Assembly: GCA_036479435.1 (NCBI GenBank)
Contig: JAZGFI010000252.1
Location: forward strand, 1-64,000
Length of the DNA: 64,000 nt
Reading direction: 5' to 3'
Source: Planctomycetota bacterium
GTDB taxonomy: Bacteria; Planctomycetota; GCA-002687715; DRQF01
Part shown: piece after piece, positions 40,456-49,937 of the stretch
Layout of the letters: each line of letters opens with the position of its first letter
Numbering within the stretch: the first letter of the stretch is position 1
Translations under genes and position numbers: made by a program
The notes under the pieces: model-generated
The model's database searches: none
Told to the model about the DNA's origin: nothing
Seen by the model: only the letters and a program-made list of their open reading frames with translations

Positions 40456-41601
40456 ATGGACCGACTGGCCGCCTTGCGCCAGCAACCCGAGCGCTTTGTG
40501 TTGGGGCTTAACGCAGGTACGTCGCAGGACGGTATCGATGCCGCCTTGCTGCGATTTGATGGCGGCAACTATGGCGATCCTTTTGAGCAGGTCGCGTTTC
40601 GAACCTTTCCGTTCTCGGATCGATTGAAAGACCGGCTCCGCGGCATGTTGAGTTGGAACCTTGCGGACACCTGCGAGATGAACGTTCAAATCGGAGAGGC
40701 TTTCGCGGATGCGGCCTTGGCCCTGATCGAAGAACTACCAGGAAGGCGCGCGGATCTCATCGGCAGCCACGGGCTGACCGCCTGGCATCGACCACCTCGG
40801 CGCCCCTACGAGACGGGCGCGACTTTGCAGCTTGGCGAACTCAGCGTTTTGTCCGAACGCTTGTCGGTCCCGGTCGTGGGAGATTTTCGGAGCGCCGATG
40901 TCGCCGCCGGAGGACAGGGCGCACCCTTGACGGCGTTTTTGGATCAGCTGTTGTTTTTTCGTCGACCCGGAACCGTCGCGCTGAACTTGGGCGGCATCGC
41001 CAACCTGACTTGCGTGGCGGCGGAAGCTGAAGACACCCTAGCTTTCGATACCGGGCCCGCGAATCTGCCTTTGGATCAACTGGCCCAAAAGCTGAGTCGT
41101 GGCGAATGCTCTTACGACCCGGAGGGCAGGTTTGCGGCGAGCGGACACATCGACGAGATCTTGTTGGGGCGTTTGTTGGCTCATCCCTTTTTGCTGGCGT
41201 CGCCCCCCAAGACCACGGGTCGCGAGGAATTTGGGGAGGATTTCGTCAACAAACTCCTGAATGACTATCGCCACCTAAAACTCGTCGACATCATAGCTAC
41301 CTTGACCGTCTTTGTTGCTCGTTCTGTAAGGCGTGCCTGCGCTGAGTTTCTGGATGAGATTCCGCTACGGGAAGTCGTGGTTTCAGGCGGTGGAGTCGAG
41401 AATCTGTTTTTGATGGAACACCTAAGCCGCGCGTTCTATCCGATCCCGGTGGCTCGATTTGCCGAGGCTGGCGCCGACGCGCATTCAAAGGAAGCCATGT
41501 TGTTTGCGGTTTTGGCCCACGAGCGTCTATTTGATCGGCCGGGCAACCTCGCCGCCGCGACGGGGGCGCGTTGGCCCGTCCGCTTGGGCAAGATCTGCTG
41601 A
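40456..41601 (+). CDS. anmK: Anhydro-N-acetylmuramic acid kinase
   Basis: GLNAGTSQDGID, GSHG, DFRSADVAAGGQGAPL, NLGGIAN, AFDTGP, PPKTTGRE. Confidence 0.93.
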   Translation: MDRLAALRQQPERFVLGLNAGTSQDGIDAALLRFDGGNYGDPFEQVAFRTFPFSDRLKDRLRGMLSWNLADTCEMNVQIGEAFADAALALIEELPGRRADLIGSHGLTAWHRPPRRPYETGATLQLGELSVLSERLSVPVVGDFRSADVAAGGQGAPLTAFLDQLLFFRRPGTVALNLGGIANLTCVAAEAEDTLAFDTGPANLPLDQLAQKLSRGECSYDPEGRFAASGHIDEILLGRLLAHPFLLASPPKTTGREEFGEDFVNKLLNDYRHLKLVDIIATLTVFVARSVRRACAEFLDEIPLREVVVSGGGVENLFLMEHLSRAFYPIPVARFAEAGADAHSKEAMLFAVLAHERLFDRPGNLAAATGARWPVRLGKIC

Positions 41602-41630
41602 AATCGGCCCGTCGTGCCAAACGGGCTTAG

Positions 41631-41702
41631 AGCCAAAGGGGAGAATCGAACTCCCAACCCCCGCTTTACGAAAGCGGTGCTCTACCATTGAGCTACTCTG
41701 GC
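41631..41702 (-). tRNA. tRNA-Thr (CGT), CCA not encoded
   Basis: Minus strand GCCAGAGTAGCTCAATGGTAGAGCACCGCTTTCGTAAAGCGGGGGTTGGGAGTTCGATTCTCCCCTTTGGCT folds as a cloverleaf; TTGAGG-N17-TATCAT promoter upstream. Confidence 0.97.
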
Positions 41703-41939
41703 TAATCGGCGGCATGATAAGGCTGCCAGCGCGGCTCCTCAAGACAACATTTGAGCCCCCCCAAAGCAAATTTCAAACCCTCAACATTAGCGTCAGACCA
41801 TTTTCACTACCCTTTCCCTCCTTTTCAGCAAAACCAATCAGCCCATCGACATTCCCATCTCGGGCCCGATTTCGCACACTGAGCGCTGGTTCTTTGGGAT
41901 TTGGCCGGTGTGCCAGTTTTTGAGGCACGGGGGAGCAGG

Positions 41940-43472
41940 GTGACGGAATCAGAAAACCAAGGGTCGGGCCGGGGTCGGCGGACGGCCCTTTTGGCGGCGG
42001 CCCTCGCTTTTGTCGGCATTCTTTTTCTGCCGACGCCAGAGGGGATGGACCCGCGAGGGATGCGGGCTTTGGCCGTCACGGTGGCGATGGCCATCTTGTG
42101 GGTCACGGAGGCCCTGCCTATTCCCGTCACTTCTTTGTTGCCGGTCCTGGCTTTTCCGCTCATGGGGGTCCTGTCATCGGCCGAGGTCACGGCTAAGTAC
42201 GCCAATGATCTGATCTACCTGTTCTTCGGCGGGTTCTTCCTCGCCCTGACGCTGGAGCGCTGGAACGTCCACCGTCGAATAGCGCTCCTCGTGGTCTCCG
42301 CCTTCGGCTCGAAACCGCGCGCGGTCATCTTGGGGATCATGGTCGCCGTGGCGGGGCTTTCGATGTGGATCTCCAACACGGCAACGGCGCTCATGATGCT
42401 GCCGATTTGCTTAGCTCTTGCCGATCAACTCAAAGACTGCGGCGCAAGTAAAGAGGACGTCGATCGTTTCGCGACGGCACTTTTGTTGGGCACCGCCTAC
42501 GCCGCCAACATCGGCGGCATGGGTACGCCAATCGGCACTGGACCCAACGGGATCTTCATGGCGTTCTTCGAATCCGCGGCGCAACCGAGTTTTGCTCAAT
42601 GGATGATGTTTGCCATTCCCCTGGTTGTCGTCTTCGTCGCCGCGGCTTGGTTTCTGCTCACCGGAGTCTTGTTCAAATTCGCTCCTGAGGTTGGATTTGG
42701 CGAGCGCGACTACGTTCGCGCCAAGCTGCGAGATATGGGAAGACTGTCTCCGCAGGAACGCGCCACCCTTGCGGTATTTTGCCTCACCGTCTTGCTTTGG
42801 GTGACGCGCCGCGATCTCGACCTTGGAGGTTTCAGAATCCCCGGTTGGCTGAGCGGCCTCGATGCATTGGGTATGACCTGGACTAAGATGCTGCGCGAGC
42901 GATTTATTGGCGACTCCGCCGTGTCGATCTTAGCCGTCATCTTGCTCTGTGTGATTCGCGTAGGGCCCAAACGGCAGCCCTTGGCAGATTGGAGCATTGG
43001 GGCGCGCGTGCCCTGGGGCATGTTGCTTTTGCTCGGGGGTGGCTTTGCCATTGCCGGGTCCTTTGGCGTCGGTGGCGAAGAAGGGCTTAGCCTTTCCGCG
43101 TACTGTGGCGCGAAACTGGGCGCTCTTGGCGAGGCGAATCCTCTCTTCGTCTTGCCCTCGATCGCCCTCAGTGTCTCGGTATTGACCGAGTTCACGTCGA
43201 ATACGGCCACGACTTCGGTCATGATCCCCCTGTTGGCCGAGGTCGGCTCGGCGGAAACCTCCCGGCTTCTTTGCTTAACGGCGACCTTGTCTGCATCCTG
43301 TGCCTTCATGTTTCCGGTCGCCACCCCTCCGAATGCCATTGTCTTTGCCTCCGGGCGGCTGCGAATCAAGACGATGATGAAAGCGGGGATCGGTTTGAAT
43401 CTTGTCGGGGCCATCCTGATTCCGATCTGTGTCTGGTTTTTAGCGCGCCTTTTCCTTCCCCCGCTCAATTAA
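41940..43472 (+). CDS. SLC13/DASS family sodium-coupled anion (di/tricarboxylate or sulfate) transporter
   Basis: WVTEALPIPVTSLLP, SMWISNTAT, GTPIGTGPN, TEFTSNTAT, FMFPVATPPNAIV. Confidence 0.93.
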   Translation: MTESENQGSGRGRRTALLAAALAFVGILFLPTPEGMDPRGMRALAVTVAMAILWVTEALPIPVTSLLPVLAFPLMGVLSSAEVTAKYANDLIYLFFGGFFLALTLERWNVHRRIALLVVSAFGSKPRAVILGIMVAVAGLSMWISNTATALMMLPICLALADQLKDCGASKEDVDRFATALLLGTAYAANIGGMGTPIGTGPNGIFMAFFESAAQPSFAQWMMFAIPLVVVFVAAAWFLLTGVLFKFAPEVGFGERDYVRAKLRDMGRLSPQERATLAVFCLTVLLWVTRRDLDLGGFRIPGWLSGLDALGMTWTKMLRERFIGDSAVSILAVILLCVIRVGPKRQPLADWSIGARVPWGMLLLLGGGFAIAGSFGVGGEEGLSLSAYCGAKLGALGEANPLFVLPSIALSVSVLTEFTSNTATTSVMIPLLAEVGSAETSRLLCLTATLSASCAFMFPVATPPNAIVFASGRLRIKTMMKAGIGLNLVGAILIPICVWFLARLFLPPLN

Positions 43473-43489
43473 CTTAGGACCGACGAACC

Positions 43490-46400
43490 ATGGCCGATGG
43501 GCCGGACTCGAATTCTGCAGACTTGCCGGTTGCCGCGGCCGAAGCCGGCTACGACCGAATGTCGCAGGCTTTGGCGGAGGCTTGGCGCCAGGTTAAGGAC
43601 GGCGCTGAACTCGCGGCCATTGGGGTTCAGTTCGACGAAGCGGTCGCCGCCAGCGAGGCGCTGCAAAGAGCCCTCGCCGGCAACGAAGATGAGTCTGGGC
43701 AGAGGGGGGCCCCAGAGCTTGGCCTCGACCCAAGCCTCGACCCGGATCTTCGGCGGCAACTCGAAGATCGACTGCGTTCAGACCTGGAAGTTCTGGAGAA
43801 CGACGCCCGCGAGTTGTTTTCCGATGATCTCGCGGCGCCGCTACAACGCGGTCGTGATTTCGCCGTGTTGCGGCTTCGCTCCCGCCTTCTGCGCCGTGCG
43901 ACGCGTTGCTTGGTGGGGCGGTCGTCACTCGACGAACTTCCTTTTTTGCTCTTTGAGTTGTCAGACCTGGAGAACTCGTTGGGAGGAAGGGCTCCCTCTG
44001 AAGTCTCGCTGGCCGCGCGTCCCGCCGAGGCCCTGTCGGTCGCGAGTCCCGCCGAGGCCCTGTCGGTCGCGAGTCCTAACGAAAGAGCCGCGCCGAACGC
44101 AAGAACCAACATCGCACGGCTCCGCCAAAGGCTCTTGTTGCGCCACGCCGAGGACCTTTTTGAATCCCTGCCGACCGGAGACCTGTCTTCCGCGGCTGAT
44201 CTTGAGTTGGCATTTCGCCGGGTTCGAGAACTGAGCAGCCTCGACAGCCGACTGGCTCTCCACACTCGGAGTGAGGACCAGCAATCCGAGGCGGTTGCTT
44301 TGCGGGACCGGGTGCTAACCGCGCGCTTGGAGCTTGAGGCGCGCGCTTTTGAGCGGGCTGAAGCGGCCACGGATGCCGACTCGGTTCGAGCTACTCTTCA
44401 GGTCGCGTCCCATCTGATCGACAACATGGACGAGGCGCGGCTCGCCGCTTACGACCTCGCCTCGGCGAGTCCCGCCTTCGAGTTGCGCCATCTCGCAGGC
44501 AACGGCGAGCGCATGGCGAAAGTTGTTCAGAATTCAAAAGGCACACTCAATCAGCTGGGACGTTCCCACTTTGAAGCGGATTTTGACGATCTAAAGCGGC
44601 GGGCCAAGAGCAGCGCGCGGCGGCTCCGCCGCCTTTCCGGTCGACTGGGCGACCTCGCGAATGATCGCACGATGCGAGACCGCATCGAGGGGGTCTTTGG
44701 GCCACGATTGGTGCGAGCCTGGGAGATCATGATCTTTTGGCTCATCATCGGCGTTTTGGGCCTGATCGTCGCTGATCATTACCGCGACTTGGATCCAGAT
44801 GGCCAGATTAGCTGGACGGTCTGGGCTGATACCGCGATCTGTATCATCTTGCTGTACGATCTTGCGGTGCGCGTGTTCCTCAGTCCGCGGCGGGGACGTT
44901 ACTTTCTGCGGCATTTCGTCACCGATTTTCTGCCTTCATTACCCTTCGCCTTGCTCTTGAACCTAACGAGTGTGCGAGCGCTGCGTTTTCTGCGCCTGGT
45001 CCGAGTTGCTCCTCGCATCATGCAGTCGCTTTTTCGAGTGTTTCGCCTGTTGTTGTTTGTTGCGCGAGCGATGGACCGTCTCGTCGAACGAAACGCCTGG
45101 CTGCTCAACCGAAACATCGTTTTTTTCACTGATCCGGTGAAGGACGAGGGCGAGCACGTCTTGGACAAAAGGATGCGCGGCCTCGACACTTGGATTCGTC
45201 GCGCCGGTTCAGCCCTCTTTAACGATTTGATTCCCGAGGTTCAGTCAGAGGCCGCCCAGTGGAGAATGGCCGCGGTCGAAGCGGCGCTGCCACTCGCGGA
45301 TGGCTTGGAGGATTCTCCCTCGGGGTCCAATCGCGTTCGTGCCGGATCGCAAGAGATGGACGTCGACGACGTCATCGCGCGACTCCGAGAGACGGACGAC
45401 CGTCAGGTAGCAGATGTCTTGGGCATGGAGTTCGCTCGAAACCTAAATTCATCGCTACGATTTTTTCGGATTCCCTTCGTTCGCAAAATCCCAGTCGTGC
45501 GATTTGTGCTCGGCCCATCTGGCGTACCGGACCCACTGGTTACGACGGCGCGGCTCAGTCACGTTCTGGGCGACTCCTTGGCTTTCGCTCAGCGAGCTAT
45601 CAACTGGTTCGCCGATCTCTACGGCACGATTACGGGCGCGCAGTTCCTCGATCGACTCGGCTTTCAGATGATCAAGGCGACGGCCCGGCCAACCAAACGC
45701 ATCTTTGCCTTCGTGGCCGCGATTGGCCTGTTGTGGGTCGTCGTGAAGATCGTCAACGTCGGCAACTTTTTCGACGTTTACCTCGATGCCTTCATCAACC
45801 TCCTCGACGGGCCCATCGTTTTTCTCGCTGCGCTGTGCGTCATCCCTTTAGCGCTCGGGATCTGGTTTCGCCGTATTGCGGGCCAAGCCACCGACTTTTA
45901 CGAACGGGTCGCTGAGGCTCAGTTCTTGGCTCTCACCGAGATCGACAAGGAAAAGCGCGGCGCTCAGGACTTGGTTTTTCTCGCCGACCGAGTCTTGTTC
46001 CCCGAGGCGAAAGTAATGAGTGGGGCGACCGCAGAGGCGCTCGCCGAGATCCGTGCTGAGATCGCCGGGCGCCCCGATGAATTAGCGGCGATCTTCGACA
46101 AACGAGGGATCGAAAGCCGCGTTGACTTCGTGCAGCTTTTCTACCGCGATTTTGTGGATGGTGCTTGGTTTCACCACAACGACACTAAAGTCGCAAACAT
46201 GTTGTTGGGGAATTTAACACTCGAGAACATTCGCCGTCATCGCATCAAGCAAAGCCGCCGCCGCAAGAAACAACTGGATCGTTTGGATATCGGCCGCGGC
46301 AAGGGTGGGATCACCGGGCCCTATGTGTGGTTCAACTTTATCACCCATAGCGTCGCGCAAGAAACCGCGCGGCTGATCATCGAATACAACCAACACGCCA

Positions 46401-47788
46401 TCCCGATTCGGGAGGTCGAATCCGCCGACATCGTCGACCGCAAGATTTACGACGCTTGGTGTGCGCGGAGGCGACGCCTCACGGAGGCCCGACAGCGCGG
46501 AATAGAATTACGGCCCGAATCTGCTGACGATTCGGCCCCCAAGAGCTCAGATGGGACTTTGACTTTCCGGACTACGGAGTTCAATGCGCTCCATTTTTTG
46601 TCGGACGATCCGATGCGACACGCAAGAGTCGTCAAGCGCTACGGCGAAGAGATCGCTAACATGTTAGTGGAGGACCGTGAAAATCTAATCCGTCGGGTCT
46701 TTGGCACTTTTCCGATGCACGAGTTGTCGCGAGAAAAGCGGACCTTTAATCCCTACGGATTCTACCGCCGTTTCGGTGCGCGCGGCCGCGTCTTTTTAGC
46801 ACCGTTTTGGCTACTGTTTTTCGCAGCCAAGGTGTTTCGGATTCTGTCGCGCCGCTTGCTCCTTATTGTTCGAGATGTGATCGATCCCGACTCGCGGCCG
46901 CTTGAGACGAGTTCCGGGCGCGCCGATTTTGACGTTGCGAAAAGAAAGATCCACCGCATGCGGAGGCCGGTGGTCTTAGAGGCGATTCGTTTGCGCGCGG
47001 ACTTCGATTTCGAGTACCTTGGGATCAGCCTGCCAGGCGAGCGAAGCAGCCAAAATAACCCCCACTCGGTGGCTGCAGACCTGGAGCGCATCAACGCTTC
47101 TGAGCGCGAGTGGGAGGAGTTTCGAGTCATCAAATCCGAACGTCAACATCGCATTCGTTTGTTGGCGGCCTTGTTAAAGCGCGCAGCTCAAGGTGAAACC
47201 TTCGAGGTTTGGATCGCTCGAGTGCGTCCTAGTGTCTTTGGCCACGAAAAGGCAGCTCTGCGCGCCTTAGCTCTGGCTCTGGCAGGAGACCTCGATGGTA
47301 CGGCGAGTTTGCTGGATGCGCAGGATCGCTTGCGCGATCTATTGACGCGGGTGAAAGGGGGAACCCAAGCCGCCCCTCGCCGACCGGGAGTCTTGAGATC
47401 TTGGTCCAAGATCGGGATTCGGCGAGGTCTCAAGCACAGTTGGCGTTGGCTCGCTAACGAGCAAGCTGACGACAAGGGCCTTTACCGCAAATTCGTAGAT
47501 GCCATTTCGCTTCACGACGAGGCCCTACAGGACGCGCTGTCGTTGTTGGCGCATCGCGAAGATCTCAAGGTTAGCCCGGATGAGCTGGTGTTGGAGAAGC
47601 TACTTGCATCAGCGGTACAGCCGTCGAGTTGGAGCGAACAAATTGTCGCCGTTCGAACGGTCCAAAGCTTGGGGATGCTCGACTTGATGGGCTACGAGGG
47701 TCTCATCGGCCGCCTTGGCGGCTACGAATCCTCAGCTCAGGACACCGGAGAGTTGTTGTCGCCGAAGGAATTGTCGACACTGTTTTGA
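43490..47788 (+). CDS. 1432-aa membrane protein containing a voltage-sensor-like S1-S4 domain
   Basis: S1 WEIMIFWLIIGVLGLIVAD, S2 WADTAICIILLYDLAVR, S3 RHFVTDFLPSLPF, S4 VRALRFLRLVRVAPR; further hydrophobic helices downstream; no pore signature. Confidence 0.8.
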   Translation: MADGPDSNSADLPVAAAEAGYDRMSQALAEAWRQVKDGAELAAIGVQFDEAVAASEALQRALAGNEDESGQRGAPELGLDPSLDPDLRRQLEDRLRSDLEVLENDARELFSDDLAAPLQRGRDFAVLRLRSRLLRRATRCLVGRSSLDELPFLLFELSDLENSLGGRAPSEVSLAARPAEALSVASPAEALSVASPNERAAPNARTNIARLRQRLLLRHAEDLFESLPTGDLSSAADLELAFRRVRELSSLDSRLALHTRSEDQQSEAVALRDRVLTARLELEARAFERAEAATDADSVRATLQVASHLIDNMDEARLAAYDLASASPAFELRHLAGNGERMAKVVQNSKGTLNQLGRSHFEADFDDLKRRAKSSARRLRRLSGRLGDLANDRTMRDRIEGVFGPRLVRAWEIMIFWLIIGVLGLIVADHYRDLDPDGQISWTVWADTAICIILLYDLAVRVFLSPRRGRYFLRHFVTDFLPSLPFALLLNLTSVRALRFLRLVRVAPRIMQSLFRVFRLLLFVARAMDRLVERNAWLLNRNIVFFTDPVKDEGEHVLDKRMRGLDTWIRRAGSALFNDLIPEVQSEAAQWRMAAVEAALPLADGLEDSPSGSNRVRAGSQEMDVDDVIARLRETDDRQVADVLGMEFARNLNSSLRFFRIPFVRKIPVVRFVLGPSGVPDPLVTTARLSHVLGDSLAFAQRAINWFADLYGTITGAQFLDRLGFQMIKATARPTKRIFAFVAAIGLLWVVVKIVNVGNFFDVYLDAFINLLDGPIVFLAALCVIPLALGIWFRRIAGQATDFYERVAEAQFLALTEIDKEKRGAQDLVFLADRVLFPEAKVMSGATAEALAEIRAEIAGRPDELAAIFDKRGIESRVDFVQLFYRDFVDGAWFHHNDTKVANMLLGNLTLENIRRHRIKQSRRRKKQLDRLDIGRGKGGITGPYVWFNFITHSVAQETARLIIEYNQHAIPIREVESADIVDRKIYDAWCARRRRLTEARQRGIELRPESADDSAPKSSDGTLTFRTTEFNALHFLSDDPMRHARVVKRYGEEIANMLVEDRENLIRRVFGTFPMHELSREKRTFNPYGFYRRFGARGRVFLAPFWLLFFAAKVFRILSRRLLLIVRDVIDPDSRPLETSSGRADFDVAKRKIHRMRRPVVLEAIRLRADFDFEYLGISLPGERSSQNNPHSVAADLERINASEREWEEFRVIKSERQHRIRLLAALLKRAAQGETFEVWIARVRPSVFGHEKAALRALALALAGDLDGTASLLDAQDRLRDLLTRVKGGTQAAPRRPGVLRSWSKIGIRRGLKHSWRWLANEQADDKGLYRKFVDAISLHDEALQDALSLLAHREDLKVSPDELVLEKLLASAVQPSSWSEQIVAVRTVQSLGMLDLMGYEGLIGRLGGYESSAQDTGELLSPKELSTLF
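44019..44076 (+). repeat. In-frame 27-bp tandem duplication (PAEALSVAS x2)
   Basis: GTCCCGCCGAGGCCCTGTCGGTCGCGA present twice in tandem. Confidence 0.93.
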
Positions 47789-48171
47789 ACCGGCATCAGA
47801 GGCGGTGCGTAGTGAGTTTCCAGGCGCTGAAGCCGCTTGGCAAGTTCGAAAGGATCTACGGGAAGTGGAATGAAGGAGAAGATCCCGAGTTCAATCTTGA
47901 GCCGGTTGTGGCGGTCGCGGTGATCTTTGTCGAGCAAGCAGAGAATGTGGATTTCGGCGTCCATCTTGCGGATGTTGGAAGCAAACTCACCACAGCCTTC
48001 GCGAGTGTAGTTGAAATGGATGATGGTCGCTTGGCGTTTGTCTTCATCGAGGAGTTCGAACAACCGGTTACGGGGAACTTCGAAGGGTTCGAGAGTCTCG
48101 AATTGCCGACAAGCGGTTGCGATGACGTCCGCCATCGCTTTGTCATCGAGGGCAATGAGAACCTTTGTCAT
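47737..48171 (-). CDS. Stand-alone atypical receiver-like domain protein
   Basis: MTKVLIALDD...ATIIHFN...IHILCL...SFIPLPVDPFELAKRL follows receiver topology but lacks the phospho-Asp and the conserved Lys. Confidence 0.65.
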   Translation of the reverse strand: MTKVLIALDDKAMADVIATACRQFETLEPFEVPRNRLFELLDEDKRQATIIHFNYTREGCGEFASNIRKMDAEIHILCLLDKDHRDRHNRLKIELGIFSFIPLPVDPFELAKRLQRLETHYAPPLMPVQNSVDNSFGDNNSPVS

Positions 48172-48247
48172 TTCGGCATCCTTGGCGGTCCGCGAAAAGT
48201 AAGCCCCTCGCTTTCCTTCCGAATCGCTATCGGTCAATCTGCCCGCC

Positions 48248-49183
48248 ATGACTGAGCCTTGCATTTTCATTCACGGAATTGACGAAGCCGGATATGGTCC
48301 GCTTTTGGGCCCGCTCGTCGTGGCTCGCGCCGATTTTGTGGTTGCGAAAGCTGATACGGAGCTCGAGCTCTGCTCGGGGTCTCCGCTGCGCATTGCGGAT
48401 TCGAAAAAGATAATTAAGAGCGGCCGTGGCTTCGCCCAGCTCGAAGCCACGGTTTTGGGCTTGGCCGCCCACCTTAGGGGGCAAGAAGTCTCCAGTGTTA
48501 GAGGCTGGTTGGAGTTTGACGGTGACTCCGATCGGTCCGGGGCTTTGGCCGAGGCTCCCTGGTATGACCTCGATTCGCTTTCTTTGCCCTTGGCCGCGAA
48601 GGCCTCGGCGATCGGCGATGCTCGCCGGGCCTTCGCGGATGGCTTCGTTTTTCGCAATGGAACTGTGACCGGCATGCGCCTTCGCGTGTTCCCCGAACGG
48701 CGCTTTAACTTGAGCCTCGAAGAAACGGAGAATAAGCACGAGACGCTTTTTCAAGAGGTCGCGTCCTTGCTCGACGAGGTGCTACCTAGAGCCGGCTGCG
48801 CGCGCGTCACGATTGACAAACTCGGCGGGCGCACTTTTTACGCTGACAAGCTCAGCGCGAGTTTTCCCTTTCGACCTTTGGAGATCTTGAACCAGTCAAA
48901 GGAGGAAAGCCGGTATCGCATGGAGCTCAACGATTCGGCGCCAACGCTGCGTTTTTGGATGAAGGGCGATGACCGCGCCCTGGAAGTCGCCCTGGCCTCG
49001 ATGCTCGCTAAATACACCCGCGAGATCCTCATGGCGGTTTTCAATGAATACTGGTGTCGCCGGATTCCGGGTCTGAAGCGAACTGCAGGCTACTACCAAG
49101 ATGGCCGTCGGTTTTTGGCGGATCTTTCGGCTTCTGGCAAAGTCAGCTCAATAGAGATCGATCAGCTGACGCGCCGCCGTTGA
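48248..49183 (+). CDS. Ribonuclease HII-like protein
   Basis: GIDEAGYGPLLGPLVV, IADSKK, IDKLGGR, KGD, VALASMLAKY.RE. Confidence 0.85.
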   Translation: MTEPCIFIHGIDEAGYGPLLGPLVVARADFVVAKADTELELCSGSPLRIADSKKIIKSGRGFAQLEATVLGLAAHLRGQEVSSVRGWLEFDGDSDRSGALAEAPWYDLDSLSLPLAAKASAIGDARRAFADGFVFRNGTVTGMRLRVFPERRFNLSLEETENKHETLFQEVASLLDEVLPRAGCARVTIDKLGGRTFYADKLSASFPFRPLEILNQSKEESRYRMELNDSAPTLRFWMKGDDRALEVALASMLAKYTREILMAVFNEYWCRRIPGLKRTAGYYQDGRRFLADLSASGKVSSIEIDQLTRRR

Positions 49184-49244
49184 GAGCACTCAAGACGCGG
49201 GCTACACTTTCGGCCCTGACCATGCCCGTGACGTCGAGGCCGAA

Positions 49245-49937
49245 ATGACCCCTTCCCGCGCTGTGATCTTTGACATGGATGGTGTGCTCATCGATTCTGA
49301 GCCCGCCCATCTTGACGCGACCAATGAGATTCTCTCGCGCGAGGGAGCGTATCTCAGCGCGGAACAGAACCGTCCCTACTTGGGCACGAATGACGTTTCC
49401 TACTGGAAAGCCTTGAGCGAGCGTTTTTCACTCGCGGGAACCCTGGACCACTACATCGCTGAGCGCCAAGTCGTGCTGGTCCGAAGGCTCAAGGAGACCT
49501 TGCCCTTGGCCGAAGGGCTCATCCCTTTTCTCGACGAACTCAAGGCCCAGGGTGTCGCCCTGGCGGTGGCCTCTGGATCTGATCGTGAGCTCGTGGAGTT
49601 TGTGGTCGAAGAGGGCGGCCTGAGCGGGTATTTTCCCGTTATTGCCTCCGGGGACGAAGTGACGCGGCCCAAGCCAGATCCGGAGATTTTCCTGTTGGCG
49701 GCGCAACGCTTGGAGTGCGATCCGCAATCCTGCGTCGTTCTTGAGGATTCTCCGAACGGAGCCCGAGCCGCACTGGAGGCTGGAATGCGCTGCTTTCGAG
49801 TCCTCACCGCCACCACCCAGTCCTTGGAGTTTCCCAAGACGGCCGGAGAAATTGCTACCTTCTGCGGGCTAAAAGCCGATCAAGTTTTGATCGGGCATGA
49901 TGCAGACGATTTGTCTTCGAAGCGGCAGGAACCATGA
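49245..49937 (+). CDS. HAD-superfamily phosphatase
   Basis: IFDMDGVLIDSE, KPDPEIF, VLEDSPNG. Confidence 0.93.
   Translation: MTPSRAVIFDMDGVLIDSEPAHLDATNEILSREGAYLSAEQNRPYLGTNDVSYWKALSERFSLAGTLDHYIAERQVVLVRRLKETLPLAEGLIPFLDELKAQGVALAVASGSDRELVEFVVEEGGLSGYFPVIASGDEVTRPKPDPEIFLLAAQRLECDPQSCVVLEDSPNGARAALEAGMRCFRVLTATTQSLEFPKTAGEIATFCGLKADQVLIGHDADDLSSKRQEP

Noticed and set aside
41602..41702. tRNA-Thr as an integration site
   Set aside because: No integrase and no duplicated tRNA 3' end seen in the window; anmK abuts it.
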